A stretch of DNA of 64,000 nucleotides, from assembly GCA_003971905.1 (NCBI GenBank), contig RSEE01000004.1, forward strand, positions 558,001-622,000. Reading direction: 5' to 3'. The DNA comes from Moniliella sp. 'wahieum' (taxonomy: Eukaryota). The notes below the pieces were generated by a model, which was given only the letters and a program-made list of their open reading frames with translations, was not told the origin of the DNA and ran no database searches. Positions 35,299-48,110 of the stretch are shown one piece after another (the first letter of the stretch is position 1; every line of letters begins with the position of its first letter). Made by a program: the position numbers and the translations under genes.

Positions 35299-36891
35299 AT
35301 GCTCGACCAGTTCCGCCTTCATCCGCCACGGCAAAGCCGCCGACCCGCGGTCGCCCAGACCGAGTGGGCCCAGTACCAGCGCGAGCGCGGCGATGCGATG
35401 GATCTCGATTTGCACGCCGTGCTTGATCCGTGCCGCCCACACCGGCCGAGGAACCCGGGCGGACGCGGTGGCAAGAGACCTGGTGCGGCAAGAGCATGCC
35501 CAGGCGGCGCAGTGCCCCAGTACCCAGGCCTGACAACGGTACCATCTCCTGACCAAGATGGGCGATGGCGCCTTTAGCAAGTTTACCATGCCGTCCACCG
35601 CGAGACGGGCTCGGAATGTGCCATCAAGGTCGTCCGCAAAGCCGAGTCCTCCGCCACCTCCACTCAATGCCCAGTTCCGGCGGAAAACAAGGTAACCGAG
35701 CGTGCTGGCATCCTCAAGAGGTACACATCATGCGCCGTCTCAACCACGGCAAATCATTCGCCTCCTCGAGTTTAGTGAATCAGACGATTTCTACTTTCTG
35801 GTGTTGGAACTGGCCAAGGCGGCGAGCTGTTCCATCAAATTGCGCACCTCACCTACTTTTCCGAAGCGCTCGCGCGCCACGTAATCCTTCAAGTGGCCGA
35901 AGCCATTCGCTACTTGCACCAGGAAGGGGTGGTGCACCGCGACATTAAACCTGAGAACATCCTGTTTGAGCCCATCCCGGTCATTCCCTCCAAGTTCTCC
36001 CGGGCGCGACCCTACGACGAAGACAAGGCGGATGAAGGCGAATTTATTCCCGGCGTGGGGGGCGGTGGCATTGGGCGGGTCAAGATTGCCGATTTGGGTT
36101 GAGCAAGGTGGTCTGGGAAGGATGGGCGACCAGTCCGTGTGGCACGATTGGCTACACGGCCCCCGAGATTGTCTTCTTCGCGGTATAGTAAATCGGTGGA
36201 TATGTGGGCATTGGGATGCGTACTCTACACCCTCTTATGCGGTTTCCCTCCCTTTTACGACGAGAGCATCGCCACCCTGACCCAAAAGGTGGCCCGAGGC
36301 GAATATACGTTTCTTTCGCCCTGGTGGGACGATGTGTCCGAGTCGGCCAAAGACCTAATCCGCCATTTGCTCACTGTTGACCCTCTCAAGAGGTATACCA
36401 TCGATCAGTTTCTGGCCCATCCTTGGTGTCGTGCGCCCCAGTCGGTCCCCTTCCTCACTCCTGGTGGGCTGGCGATTGCACAACGGATGCCGCTGGCCTC
36501 CCCTCTGCTCTCCGTTCTCCGTTCCACCGACCCTACCATGACCCGGCAAGCGCGGGCCGGATTGGGTCTCACCACACCGGGCATGCAACAACTGAAGGAA
36601 GCGTTTGACGTGTCCTATGCTGTACACCGAATGGGCGAGGAGGCTCAGGCGAATCCATCGGGTGGGCTGATGCAACTGAACGAAGAGGAGGAAGAGGAAG
36701 ATCTGCCCTGGGAGGCACAGAAAGCACTCCAAGCCACCCGCATCGGAATCACTCCACCCCCAGCCCGTTCACCTGGCTCGGGCGGGTTCCAGCTCAACCT
36801 CAACAATGCCACGTTGCTAAAGAACCGGGGCAACCGAGAGCCGCAACTCCACTTGGGTGGCCGCATGGCACCCCGCAACCCCGTGCTTTGA
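35299..36891 (+). CDS. CAMK-family MAPK-activated kinase (Srk1/Rck2/Cmk2-like), frameshifted
   Basis: N-terminal [32 protein letters not shown]...[62 protein letters not shown]. Confidence 0.92.
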
Positions 36892-37458
36892 AGACTTTGA
36901 ACGAATCGAGAGAGGGTTGGATCCCTTCTCTCTCGGTCTGTACCCTTCTTTTCCCTCTTTCCGTTTCCCTCATACTTTTGTTTCTGCTACCCCGCACTTT
37001 TCCTACTCTTCCCTTGGGCTTTGATTGGCCACCACCATTATTTGCAGTCATTGGATCTATGTGTCATGGGTATCTTTTCTTTGTGGTCCATCCTTATCCT
37101 GCCTGAGCATGCCAGATCGCAGGCCGAGCAAACGGATGATTTAGAGGATTACTCGATTGATATGCGTTAAAGGAGTTGTGGAGGAAGAGTAGGAGAAGAA
37201 GAGCTGACAAGGGTGGGGACTGGGATAAAAACGGTAAGATGTGGGTTGTGGAGTCTGTGCCGTGACTGTGAAGCGCTCATGTGCTTCTGCGCCTTTGGGG
37301 TCCCATGTCCTACCTGGTCACAGTCTCACCTATCAAACTGATATCTCACATCCCCGATCTCAACACTTGCACGACCCCATGCCCCAAGTCACCCTGTCAC
37401 ATGTGCCAAACAGCTTGCGGCCGCTGCCCCTTCCTGGGGCAGCCTGTCGAAAAAAAAT

Positions 37459-37565
37459 TGAAGGCAGTGGGATTCGAACCCACGAATGTCGCAGTTCTAT
37501 CCACTCTTAAGCGGAAGCGCTTAATGACTTGAATACGATGCCATAGACCACTAGGCTATGCCTCC
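37459..37565 (-). tRNA. tRNA with CAA (Leu) anticodon, 33-nt intron and short 5-nt variable loop
   Basis: GGAGGCA/TGCCTTC-A acceptor; D arm GCCTAGTGGTCTATGGC; anticodon stem TCGTA/TGCGA; loop TTCAAG; variable region CATTC; GTGGGTTCGAATCCCAC; poly-T terminator. Confidence 0.85.
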
Positions 37566-37929
37566 TGATGCCGAGGCACGCGTCCGCCCTGCTGGGGTGC
37601 AGCCGGGCATGTGAGCCAAGCGCCAAGTGGCTTACGCAAGCAGGATACTGGCGCCGTGGGACCAGCGGGGGGGGCGGCGGAGCGCAGCACTGCTGAGCTG
37701 AGCCACTGGCGGCGGCCGAGGCGGGTCGGGAGGGGTGGGCGTGTATTGCGCTTTGGCTGCGAGTTGCTGCTTCGCCTCGCCGCCCTCCATCCGCACGCCC
37801 GCATTGCAGCTTCCCGCCACACCACCACCTCCGCCATCCCCACCCCCACCACCACTCCGCCATCCCCACCCCCACCACCACCTCGCCCCCCCCCCCCCCC
37901 TCCCCTTCTACCCCATCACTCCCGCAGGC

Positions 37930-40900
37930 ATGGCCGCCGCCAAGGCGCCCCCGCCCCCCCCACACCCACCCCGATGCCTCCTGTGCTCCCGCCCCCTCTG
38001 CTGCCAGTCCCGGCAGCGCCACAAGCGAACTGCGTGCCCTCGCCCGCGTCGAGCTCAACCCCGCCTTCACACCTAAGAGTTATGTGGGCGCCGTGAGCTC
38101 TTATAGCCCGCGCACGCAATTCGGATGACCTGGGTGAGTTGGAGACTGCGTTTGTTTCTTATCTCAAGGCCGCCACCATCCTCCACGAGCTGCCTACCCA
38201 TCCAGCCTGGCCCCAGGAGAAGAACGCCCGCTCCCCCACCTACGAACGATGGTATAACATTCTTGCACACACCAATGACCTCGTTGATCGCACCACTCGC
38301 ATTGAGATGCAGCTTGCCGATCGCTCCCTCCGCCAGGCCAAAGCCCAAGCTTTGGCCCCTGCATCTGCCCCTGCTGTCTCTGCTGCTTCAGTCGCGCTCC
38401 AACAAGTTCTTCCACCCCGCACGACGCACCCGCCAATGCAGGCGATGTCCAGTATACTGACTTGGTTGCTCGTCTCGGCGCGCTTCATGCCCCCGCCGCA
38501 GAGCCTACTACTGTCACCACCACATTCCCCTCTATCGTTGAGTTTGAACAAAGCTTGGCTTCATCTCATCTGCCCTCTGTGCCTCACAATGCCCCGGGCT
38601 TGGGTCCAACTGGGTCCATCCCCACCCCTCCACCGCGTGTTTCTGCCCCCTCTGCCCCAGTCTTGCCCCCCTCGCGCATTCTCTCTCCTCGCCATCCTGC
38701 CTCTGCAAGTCAGCCAGGCAGTGCCACCTCGGTCCCTGGTGCGTCGGACGAGGCCTCAGTTCCAACCCCACCTAAGAAAAAGAAGCCTCCTCCTCCTCCC
38801 CCGACATCTGCTAGGCCTTCGACCAAGATGGTATCCAATCTTCCTGGTGCAGGGGATGGGACCCTGGGTGACCTGCCGTCGCCACCCAAACCCATTCTCC
38901 GAGCGGTGGATTTGTGGCCACTGCTCAACCCTCCCTTCCGCACGCGACCGGAGTCTGACAAACTGGAGAAGGTGAAGGGGTTCAAGATTCTGTTGCTGGA
39001 TGTGCGTCCGCGCGAGGCTTACGACAAGGGCACATTTTTTCCAAGTACACCGTCTGCATCGACCCTGTCATCCTTCACACTGACATGCAGGGCAAGGACA
39101 TCGAAGAGCGTCTCATTGTCGGCCCTGCGGATGAGCAGAAATACTTCGCACGCCGCTCCGAGTTTGACCTTAGTCCTCTATGACCAGTCTTCCCGTCCTT
39201 CGCTCCATGCCCGGCCCAGTGCCAGCGATCCGTTGGGCATTGTCAACCGTGCCATCTACGAGCTCGAATTCAGCAAGCCGCCCAAACACCAACCCATTTA
39301 CCTCACTGGTGGGTACGACAGTTGGGAGAAGCTGAACAAATCTAACGAACCGAGCGAGAGTAAAGTCCCCTTGGTTACGGGGGCCACCGCCCCTTCCTCT
39401 CCACCATCCTCCTCCCCACCCCGGCGCGCATTTTCCGCCCAACCGTCCCTTCAGCTGCGGGACTTTCTTCCCCCTCCCTTGGTCCTTCTCGGCAGACTGG
39501 CATGCTGGACTACCTTCCCTTCGAGCAGCCAGTTCTTATGCATCCTCCACTCCTTTGGCCTCTGGGCTTTCCTCGCCGCCGGCCTTGGTGCAGAATGCTA
39601 CGGCCCTGGTGCCTAGTCCGGCCGCGAGTCATCCTCACCCTGTTCCACCACCACCCCCCCGAGCCACACCCGCCCGCCCTTGCCGCCAGCACCACCCCCA
39701 CTGCCCCCTTCCCATCCCAAAAGTTCTCCTGCTCCCGTCAGCGCGCATCCTGCCCCAGCCAGCGCAGTGGTCTCTACTGCGCCAGGTGTGGGCATCGGCG
39801 CTCGCCGTTTGTCGTTGCGAATTGGCATGACGGGTATGCGCAACTTGGCGAACACATGCTACATGAACTCGGTGATCAATGTCTGTCAGCCACACCCGAG
39901 CTGGCCCAATACTTGTTCGGGGGGATTATGTCAAGCAGATCAACCACGCCAATCCGCTGGGAACCAATGGTCAACTGGCCCAGGCATTCGCCGTGCTCAT
40001 CTCTACGCTTTGGTCGGAGAAGTATGAGTACATTCGTCCAGTTGCCTTTCGCCAGGTGCTTACCCGTGTTCTGCCACGTTTGCTGGCAATGAGCAACACG
40101 ACTGTCATGAGTTCCTCTCCTTCCTCACCGACACGCTGCATGAAGACCTGAACCAGCCATCGTCCAAGGCGCTGGCGCGTCGGCCTGGCATGACAGAGGA
40201 GGAACAGCGCAAGGTGGAAGAGGCCGAGCTCGAGCGGCTTCCGATCCAAGAAGGAGCTGCACGCGAGTGGTTGCGCTATGCACAGACGAACGATTCGTTT
40301 GTGCTCAATGCGTTTGCTGGTATGCTGCGCAACCGAATGCATGTTCCGTGTGCAGCACGACCAGCACGACCTACAATGTTTTCCGCGACCTGTCCCTTCC
40401 CATCCCTCAAACCTCGGGCGAGGTGAGCGTGTATGATGCATTGGACGCCTTCTTGGCACCGGAGGTATTGGATGGAGCAGACAAGTGGATGTGCTCGACG
40501 TGCAAGGTACCGCGCCGGGCCACCAAACAGCTCACCCTCGCCCTTGCCCCCCATCTCGTCATCCACCTCAAACGCTTCTCCTCACACCGCCGGTTCCACC
40601 CGCTGGGGCAACAAGGAGGGCAAGATCACTGCCCGTGTTGACTTTCCGCTGGACGGGCTGGACCTAACCCGCTTTTTGCCTTGGGCAGGGAGGGCAGTGT
40701 ACGATCTGTACGGCGTCGTGCACCACTTTGGCACGCTCAACTCGGGCCACTACACTGCCACCATCCGCAACGAGGGCCGGTGGGATTATGTGGACGACAG
40801 CCGGATCGCGCCGAACAACGACAAGGAACTGTTTGTACGTCGCTGCTCTAAACTGCACAGTAAAAGCCCAAGGCGCCGTTGGATACTGACCCGGATTGAT

Positions 40901-40950
40901 ACCTGTAGACCAACTCGCCGTACGTGCTGTGGTACCAGCGGCGTACGTGA
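37930..40950 (+). CDS. DOA4: Ubiquitin C-terminal hydrolase with rhodanese domain (Doa4/USP8-like)
   Basis: ETAFVSYLKAATIL; ILLLDVRPREAY; YLTGGYDSW; TGMRNLANTCYMNSV (Cys box); LVIHLKRF; YDLYGVVHHFGTLNSGHYTA (His box). Confidence 0.88.
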
Positions 40951-41086
40951 CCACGTGGCTTGCGCCTGGCCGCTGCCTCTCCACCTGCAACGATGCACCA
41001 TTGAACGTCTGGGTCTTGTGGGTGCGTTGGGTGGGAAGGCGAGAAACGTAAGAGTAATAGCCAGGAGAGCACTTATCTATCCACCG

Positions 41087-41182
41087 TTGCGTTGCAGGCG
41101 CGTTGCCTGTTTGCTCGCCTAGCTTGAACCAACCTTGCGTTGCAGGCGCGTTGCCTGCTTGCTCGCCTAGCTTGAACCAACC
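41087..41182. repeat. 48-bp tandem duplication, 1 mismatch
   Basis: TTGCGTTGCAGGCGCGTTGCCTGYTTGCTCGCCTAGCTTGAACCAACC twice. Confidence 0.9.
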
Positions 41183-41803
41183 CAGCTTGTGCGCCACTCG
41201 GCCGCGCATTGGTCGCCGACTTGCTTTTGGTGGACCAATCAGCCGAGAGCGACGACCAATTTTCTCATCAGGATGATATAAGGGTGTGGTGAATGGACCC
41301 CAGGTGGGGGCGAGGAAATTTCTGCTGAGGAAAATGGTTGGTATAGTAGTCACTCTGCTGCCACCATTGACGGGTCCCTCACCCTCTCCCCCTGTATATA
41401 ACTTCCCCATCGGTCTCTGCTCCCCCCTGCCCACCGTCCGCCGTTGTTTCTGTTGTGGAGAGGCTTCTGTCGCCCTGTTTGCTGAGACCTGCTGTTCCGT
41501 TCGTAGGCCAAGGCGCCTTACCTGTCCACCTTAAGTTTGTCCGCTGAAAAGCCGTAATACACACAAATATATGGAGGGCCACCGCTTGCTTGAATCCCCG
41601 TCTCTTTTCATATCAGTAGTTTTGAGGTGTGGACTTCAACCACTGCCATCACCATTACATTACTCCACTTTTCCAGAGGTTCTCCACTCAAGACCTTGGG
41701 TTACTCCAGATTTACTATCGCAACATCACTCGTGTCACATTGGGAAAGAATCCATTATTGGCAAAAGGATGGCAAGATATGAGAACAAAGTAGGGCCATC
41801 CAC

Positions 41804-42957
41804 TTAAGAATAGACAATCTTGGCACCCGTCTCAGAGAAGCGCTCACCCTTGACCTCGAGAGTAATCTTCTCAAAGATCTGTCGCAGCTCCTGGTCCAGC
41901 TCGGGGGAGAGGACCAAGTTGGCTGCGTCGGCATTCTGGACAACCAAGTTCGCGTGCGTAGTGCCCGGCATGGGGATCAGCTTGTCATACTGCGCCAACT
42001 CCCAGGCGAGGACAAGCTGCACCAAGGGGATGCCCTCACGGGCCGCGATGGCTTGCACCGGTTTGGCCAGTTCGAGGTTGTGGGCAAAGGCCTGGTCAGA
42101 AAAGCGGGGCATGGCCTGGCGAGGGTCGCCGGGAGTAGGTCGGAAGCGCCCTTGAGCGCACCAGTAAAGATACCCCGGGACAGGGGACGAGAGGCGAAGA
42201 GAGCAATCCCCAGCTCCTTGAGGGTAGCGAGGATGCCTTCCTTCTCAATATCCAGCGCTGCTGGGTTGTACTCTGCCTCGACCGCCGCCAGGGGAATCAC
42301 CGCGTTCACCTCCCGAATGGTTTGCGAGGAGACCTCGCAGAGACCCACATGGCGCGCCAGGCCCTCTGTAACGAGTCGCTTCAGGTTGGCGCCAATGTCC
42401 TTGTTTTTCATGTGACTGTCCTTGCGCGCCAAAAGGAAGAGGTCAATGCGCTTGCCCCGGCCCAACGAGCGCAGCGCTGCCGAAAGCTCTTGGCGCAAGG
42501 TCTCAATGCTGGATCAGCGCGCGTCAGGTCATTGAAGGGAGCAAAGCCACCCTTGACCACAAGGAAGACGCGGTTGATACTCTGGGGGTAGGCTGCAAAG
42601 TACCGCGACAAGAGAAGCAGGTTGTCCATGGTTTGGTCCATGGAATAGTAGGTGCCAAAGACCCAGCAGGTGGTGCCTGCTTCCAGCGCAGCGTTAAGCA
42701 CTTGGAAGGCCTGCTCATCAGACGGAGGACTGGTGGTCCAGGTGAGTTCAAGGGCGCCATAGCCAACTGTGCAAAAGGGAGGGGGGGAGGGGGGCGAGGT
42801 TAGCTGCTGGCCCCAATTGACATTGGAAAAAACAACAAGCGGCCAGGAATGGTCGGTAGCATGCAGCAGGATGAGCGCGCCAGAGAGAAAAAGACATACC
42901 GGCGCCAACAGAGATATCGGAGGCGGTGCCACCAAGCGGACGGAAGGGGAGGGACAT
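41804..42957 (-). CDS. Aldo-keto reductase, pyridoxal reductase-like
   Basis: VGYGALELTWTTSPPSDEQAFQVLNAAL; VFLVVKGG; IDLFLLARKD; HVGLCEVSSQTIRE; PLSRGIFTG; QLVLAWEL...LIPMPGTT. Intron at about 42768-42899. Confidence 0.9.
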
Positions 42958-43699
42958 GGTCTCGGGCCGGCTGCGAGTGGTAGTGGAGGGGGGGAGGTGG
43001 TAGCGGGAGAGAAAGAAGAGGTTGAGACGTGGTAAACGCGGTGAGAAGCGGGCTGATAGGGTGACCAGTGAGGGATCGATATAGGAAGGAGTGGGTGAGC
43101 GTGTGAGCGCTGCTGACTGATTTACGGACACTGGAGATCGAGAACTCGGAACTGACTTGAATTAGTTCAGTATTGAGTGAGCGTGACGCGTGACGCGTGA
43201 CGAGCTTGTTGAGCCCTCGGATGTGCTGGGGAAATTATCACAGCACACTCGTCCTGAGCCTTCCGCCTTATGTCCAACGGTTAACAATGTGACCGGTGAC
43301 GGACCGGTGACCTCGCCTGTCATGCATATCGAAGGCGTTTGCTGACATGACGTCACTTCGACAGCACTTGTGTGGCAACGGGCGTTACATCAGTGTCATG
43401 GTGAGAGGATGTCAGAGCCGATCTCAGAGGGTTTATTAGTTCGGTACAGTGTCTGAGTACTGAGTCTCGCTCGAGACCTGTCGGGCCCTGAGGCCTGAGG
43501 CGGCCTCAGGGTCAGTCGCTAGTCCCTCACTACCTCACTCCGTCATGAGTACTGAGTACTGAGTCATCCAATATGACTTCACCATCACGGTGCACGCGTC
43601 CAATTGATCGAAATCTGAAGCTCTTGAAGCTTGAAGCTCCATGCTCAAAGCTCCAAGAGCCTCAAGGTGCGTCTTTTGAGCAGGTTATTTCGCACCCAA

Positions 43700-46600
43700 T
43701 CCAAGTTCGATGCGTTGTATACGAGAGGTCGCGCAGGAGCCCGTCCTCAAATGCGTGCGAGCTCCATGTGGGAGACCCACGCTCTCTCAATGAGCCAACA
43801 GTTGTAGAGAGAAGAGGAAACGAGGTGGGGGGACAGGGCCACATAAACGTCTGGATTACTGAGTGAGTAATATGGGTGCGAGTGTGTTGGAGGAGATCTG
43901 GGATGGAGGTGGACCACATCATGGTAATGGATACGGGTGAAGAAGAGGTCAGGGTTGCGTAGTATACTGCAAGATGGTGCACGAGGACACGGCAACGCCT
44001 GTCGAACAACACTGTGGGCGAAATGATCGATTGGCATTGGGGTCAAAAGCAGAATGCGATATACAGGTGCCCAGAGACGCACTCGAGACCCGTTCTTCCC
44101 TCTGATCATATGATGACACGAAGGCTCTGTGCCACGAAAACCGTCAATAAGGTCCAAGGTCACAGAACAAGCATCGTCTGTGTATCTTTGCGAGGTCAAG
44201 AGAGTCTGTGAAGACCCCCAAGTAGTGTCTGGGATGCACGGTGCCTGGCCCAACGCGTGCCGGACAGCCTGGTATAGAAGGTCGATGGGCACTGGTGCAC
44301 TGGTGACGAACATACACTTCTGACAATCTTCCAGCTCACAGGATGAGGCATCTCTCCTTGAACATGTTCGGCTAGAGTTGTGGACTTATATATTGGACGC
44401 AAGCGGGTGACTGCTGGGCTGTAGGGGGCATTCCTTGTTCTACTTCAACGTCTGTCATGCCCTGAACAAGGAAAGGATATAGCAAGAAGCAAGCGAGGTG
44501 TGCGAGAACGAAGTGCTAACTAGGATAGCCAACGATCCCTGGTATGGAAAGACAGGATCGGTGAAGAGAGCGGGGAAGGCGTTTCCCAGAACAACCCACC
44601 CCAAAGAACATATTCACCTTGACCAAGAATTAAAAGGAATAGGGGGTACATTTTGCCAAAGATCATATGGTACACGTGTAACAGAAGCAAAGGGGTAGGA
44701 GAAGTGGTATGGGCCCAAAAATGAAGGAACTCGACCAGCAGCAACCGAGCTTGTTCGTTCATCATCAGGCCCTACGCGAAGTAGCCAATGACTCGAGCGG
44801 CCACAGTGAAGCTGAATGTCATACACTGAAACGCAGGAAGGTCTGCACCTGTGCCAAGACAGGTTGTAATAGCAAAGTGGGGTAGTCAAGACAAGAGGAA
44901 GAAAGCTCTTAAATGTAGTTGGCGGGCTTGCGGTCTTTGGGGTTCCGGCGCTTGGGGGCTGCTACCCTTTGGTGGGTGCGCTTGCTAGAAGCCTGCTTAC
45001 CTTTTTGGACGAACCCTTCTTGCTGGATGACTTTGAGAGTGAGCCGAACACGGTCGGGGCTGAGTTACCCTCATCAACAGTCATGGCTAAGAGCAAAAAA
45101 TATGTCAGTACTGGCCGCGCCAAGGCTAAGAAGGTGGCATACCATCCTGCGTCTCTGCGACGTTCCCCCCATTTTGCAAGAATAGTTCATCTTCCTCAGT
45201 GACCTCCTCACCGGCCTCCTTGCGATCCTTGATTTCCTGCAGCCGGGCCAATACCGAAGTTTTGGGCTGCAGCTTACGTTCAGCTAGGCGCGCCGCGATC
45301 TCTGCCTCGCGCTGCTTCTGCACCTTAACTAGTCTCCATTTGGGTCGGTGCGCTTGATATTGCGTGCACGCACCCGAACTGTTGAACGCAAACTCTTGGC
45401 CATTTTTGTGTGTTGGTCGGAAGCGGATAGGCAGGTAAGTAAACTGAGGGACTGGGCTCTTGGCCACAAAAAGGATTGGCCTCCACTGTGGGTTGAGGCG
45501 GATCTGCAAATTTATGTTTCACCGTACGGTTCCGCCAGAAGCCAGATTGGCACCCTCGGTATGAATACCGTTGCACCGAAATGAAGATTCCTCCCCGCCC
45601 GCCAGGCCTTTTAAGCGCCGCCAGCTACTCTTCTCGTTGTTCTTGGCACCACCACCTCTCGCCTTGCATTCGTCCTTCGTCCAGAGCGCTTAAGATGGGG
45701 GAACGGTCACAACATTGACACCACCATCCCAGAAAAGGCTCTCGTTCTGTTTTGGTATGTATCATTTCTCTTTCCTTTTCATGATGAGGAATTTAAATGA
45801 CGAGTCCAAGGCTTGGCCTCAATGGGTCCTGGATACTTTTCCTTGACCCGGCGAATGCTGCCTAGCCCAAGACGACATTTTGGCTCCTGAATCACCTCTC
45901 TTCGTTTACATGGCCTGCGGTGGATGGGTGTGCTAACCATGCCTGACATGTTCTTCAGATTCAATACCCCGTCTATTTCCCGAATATACCCCCGTTCAGT
46001 GTGGCTTCCCAGTCCTCTATGGCACCGTCACGCCCAATGAACCAACCCTCCTGAAGGTACGTTGGTCATTGGTTTCCCTTTCCCCAGAGGATTGCAGAGG
46101 ATTACTACAATCTCTTCACCTGATCCCCTCGGGGGCATGAAAACACACTTTCTTTGACTTTTTTTTGGATGATGCTTCCTCCAGTGGTCGCGATCAATTC
46201 CCACGTTTGCATGCACAAACTGACCAATGCTTGTCTTTTCAGGTTGCGTATTCTTGTGTTATACGATTCAGTGGCAACACCCACTCAAAAAAGCCATGAT
46301 GCTGTCATATTCTGCCGCATCTTCGATAGAACTCGAAAAATGCATGACCCATTCTTCATTTGTAAATTCCCATCGACTTCAACTACTGTTCTTCTGTACT
46401 TAGCCAACACGTATCGCTTCTTGCGACCACTCCAACTAACTTGATCAGCGCAACATTCCTGATGACTGACTGCCCTCGACCTGTTTCTCGGGGTATTGTT
46501 TTTTTTTCTACGCCATCACGGTCCACAGCACAATGCTTTTCACTGCTGCGAGGACGTTTAAAGTGGGATGCTGATGGATGGCGCGCAGACCGGGGCACCG

Positions 46601-46700
46601 TCAAACGACTGCCGAAGCCCTGTTGGAAGTGTGGAGTAATGTGAGTCAGATTGCCCTATTCAGGATAGGAAAAGGAATATCGGAAAGGAATGCATCGAAG
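43700..46700 (-). CDS. Probable multi-exon hypothetical gene, fragmented
   Basis: Protein-like minus-strand pieces (e.g. QKQREAEIAARLAERK...EEVTEEDELF). No recognisable domain; boundaries are guesses. Confidence 0.3.
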
Positions 46701-47172
46701 GCAATCGGGCTTGATGGGCTCTACCGATACCACAGCTCCAATGTGGCACCACAGTCGGGGCGCTTGCTGGGGATTTACTACTAGTTGTGTGCATTGCCCC
46801 CCCCCCCCACCTCGCTCGACCACCGACGATTCCAGACCGCCGTACCGGCTTAGAACCGTTTCGGCCCGGGTTGCATGTAGCAGCAGCCGTGCAAGTCTTA
46901 CTGCCGTTGTCCAACTGGGTTAAGAACAGTTGGATGTGTTACAGCGTAGTCCGTCTCGTGTTTTTCCCCCTCAAAATCTAGACACGTAATAGGACAAAAT
47001 GAGAATCTATCGGAGCACACTTGAGAGGTGTGGAGGAGGCAGGGCCCTGAACAGCCCTGCCAGACAACAGGGTACTTGCAGAAACCAAAGATGTGGTCAC
47101 ATTAAGAAACCAAAAGAGAAAACAAATGGGGGGTTGTCGGGGGATTGGGGAGAGAGTACGTCAAACAACGTC

Positions 47173-48110
47173 CTACCGTGCCCGTGGTGTCCAGGGTTGA
47201 TGATGGACGGGTGATGGGCCGGCATGTCTCCAACCATGCCAGTCAACGCCAGGGGTAAAGTACGTGGGTGGCGGGAACGGGTAGGCCGGGTGACTGTAGA
47301 TCGGAGTAGGACCGTGCCTTGCCGCATCATCGGGATATGACCCCATCACTGGTACCATATGATCAAATCTTGTGGCTTCTTGGGGGGTAAGATAGGATTG
47401 GGTATCAAAATGATTGACCCGTGGATTTGTGTATGGGGTGTTCTGTTTGAACGAAGGTGCAATCCCGTAAGGAAGAGGGCAGGATGGTGCGAACGGCTGG
47501 GCAGGAACGCCCGAGCCTGGAAGCGGAGTAGCTTGAATGAAAGTAGGATGTGACGGCGCCCAGTAAGGGCCAGCAGCAGAGTAATCAGGCGAAACAGTGG
47601 AGTGGTGGTAGCTTTGGCCCCGGGAGTGGAGCGATGAATGTGCCGTGGGTGGAGCGGGTGCAAGAGCTGGGGCAGGAAGATCGTCCAAGTGAATGGGGGG
47701 TGTGGGGAGAGCGGCACAGGAAGAAGACTCTGATGTATCTGCCTCGAGTGACGGGAGAGATGCAGCTGAGCAGCTAGGGCTGGGCTTGCCTGGCTCTGAA
47801 GACGGTGGAAGTGGCGAGGCAACGGTTGAGGAGGCGGAGGCAAGGAGGGGCAAGGAGGCAACAGAATTCCAAGGGGGCTGGATGTTGCTTATGCTTAGGT
47901 GCCTGAGCGAATACAGGCGGCGGACGCGGCGGTGCGCTGCACTTTACGCGATTTGAGCGACGACAAAGAAAAATGATGGCGCTGCTGCAGGGTTACCATC
48001 AACTTGGGTGCAGCGCGGGACTGGGATGTGCGTTTCCTCTGCTCTCGCCGTTGCTGGGCAGGAGTGGCAAAGTAACTGCCGCGGGGCAGGTGAGGCACAT
48101 CGTGATTGCC
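47173..48110 (-). CDS. Hypothetical Pro/Ser-rich protein; start uncertain
   Basis: 226-aa low-complexity ORF 47173..47853, probably extended upstream through frameshifts. Confidence 0.4.
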
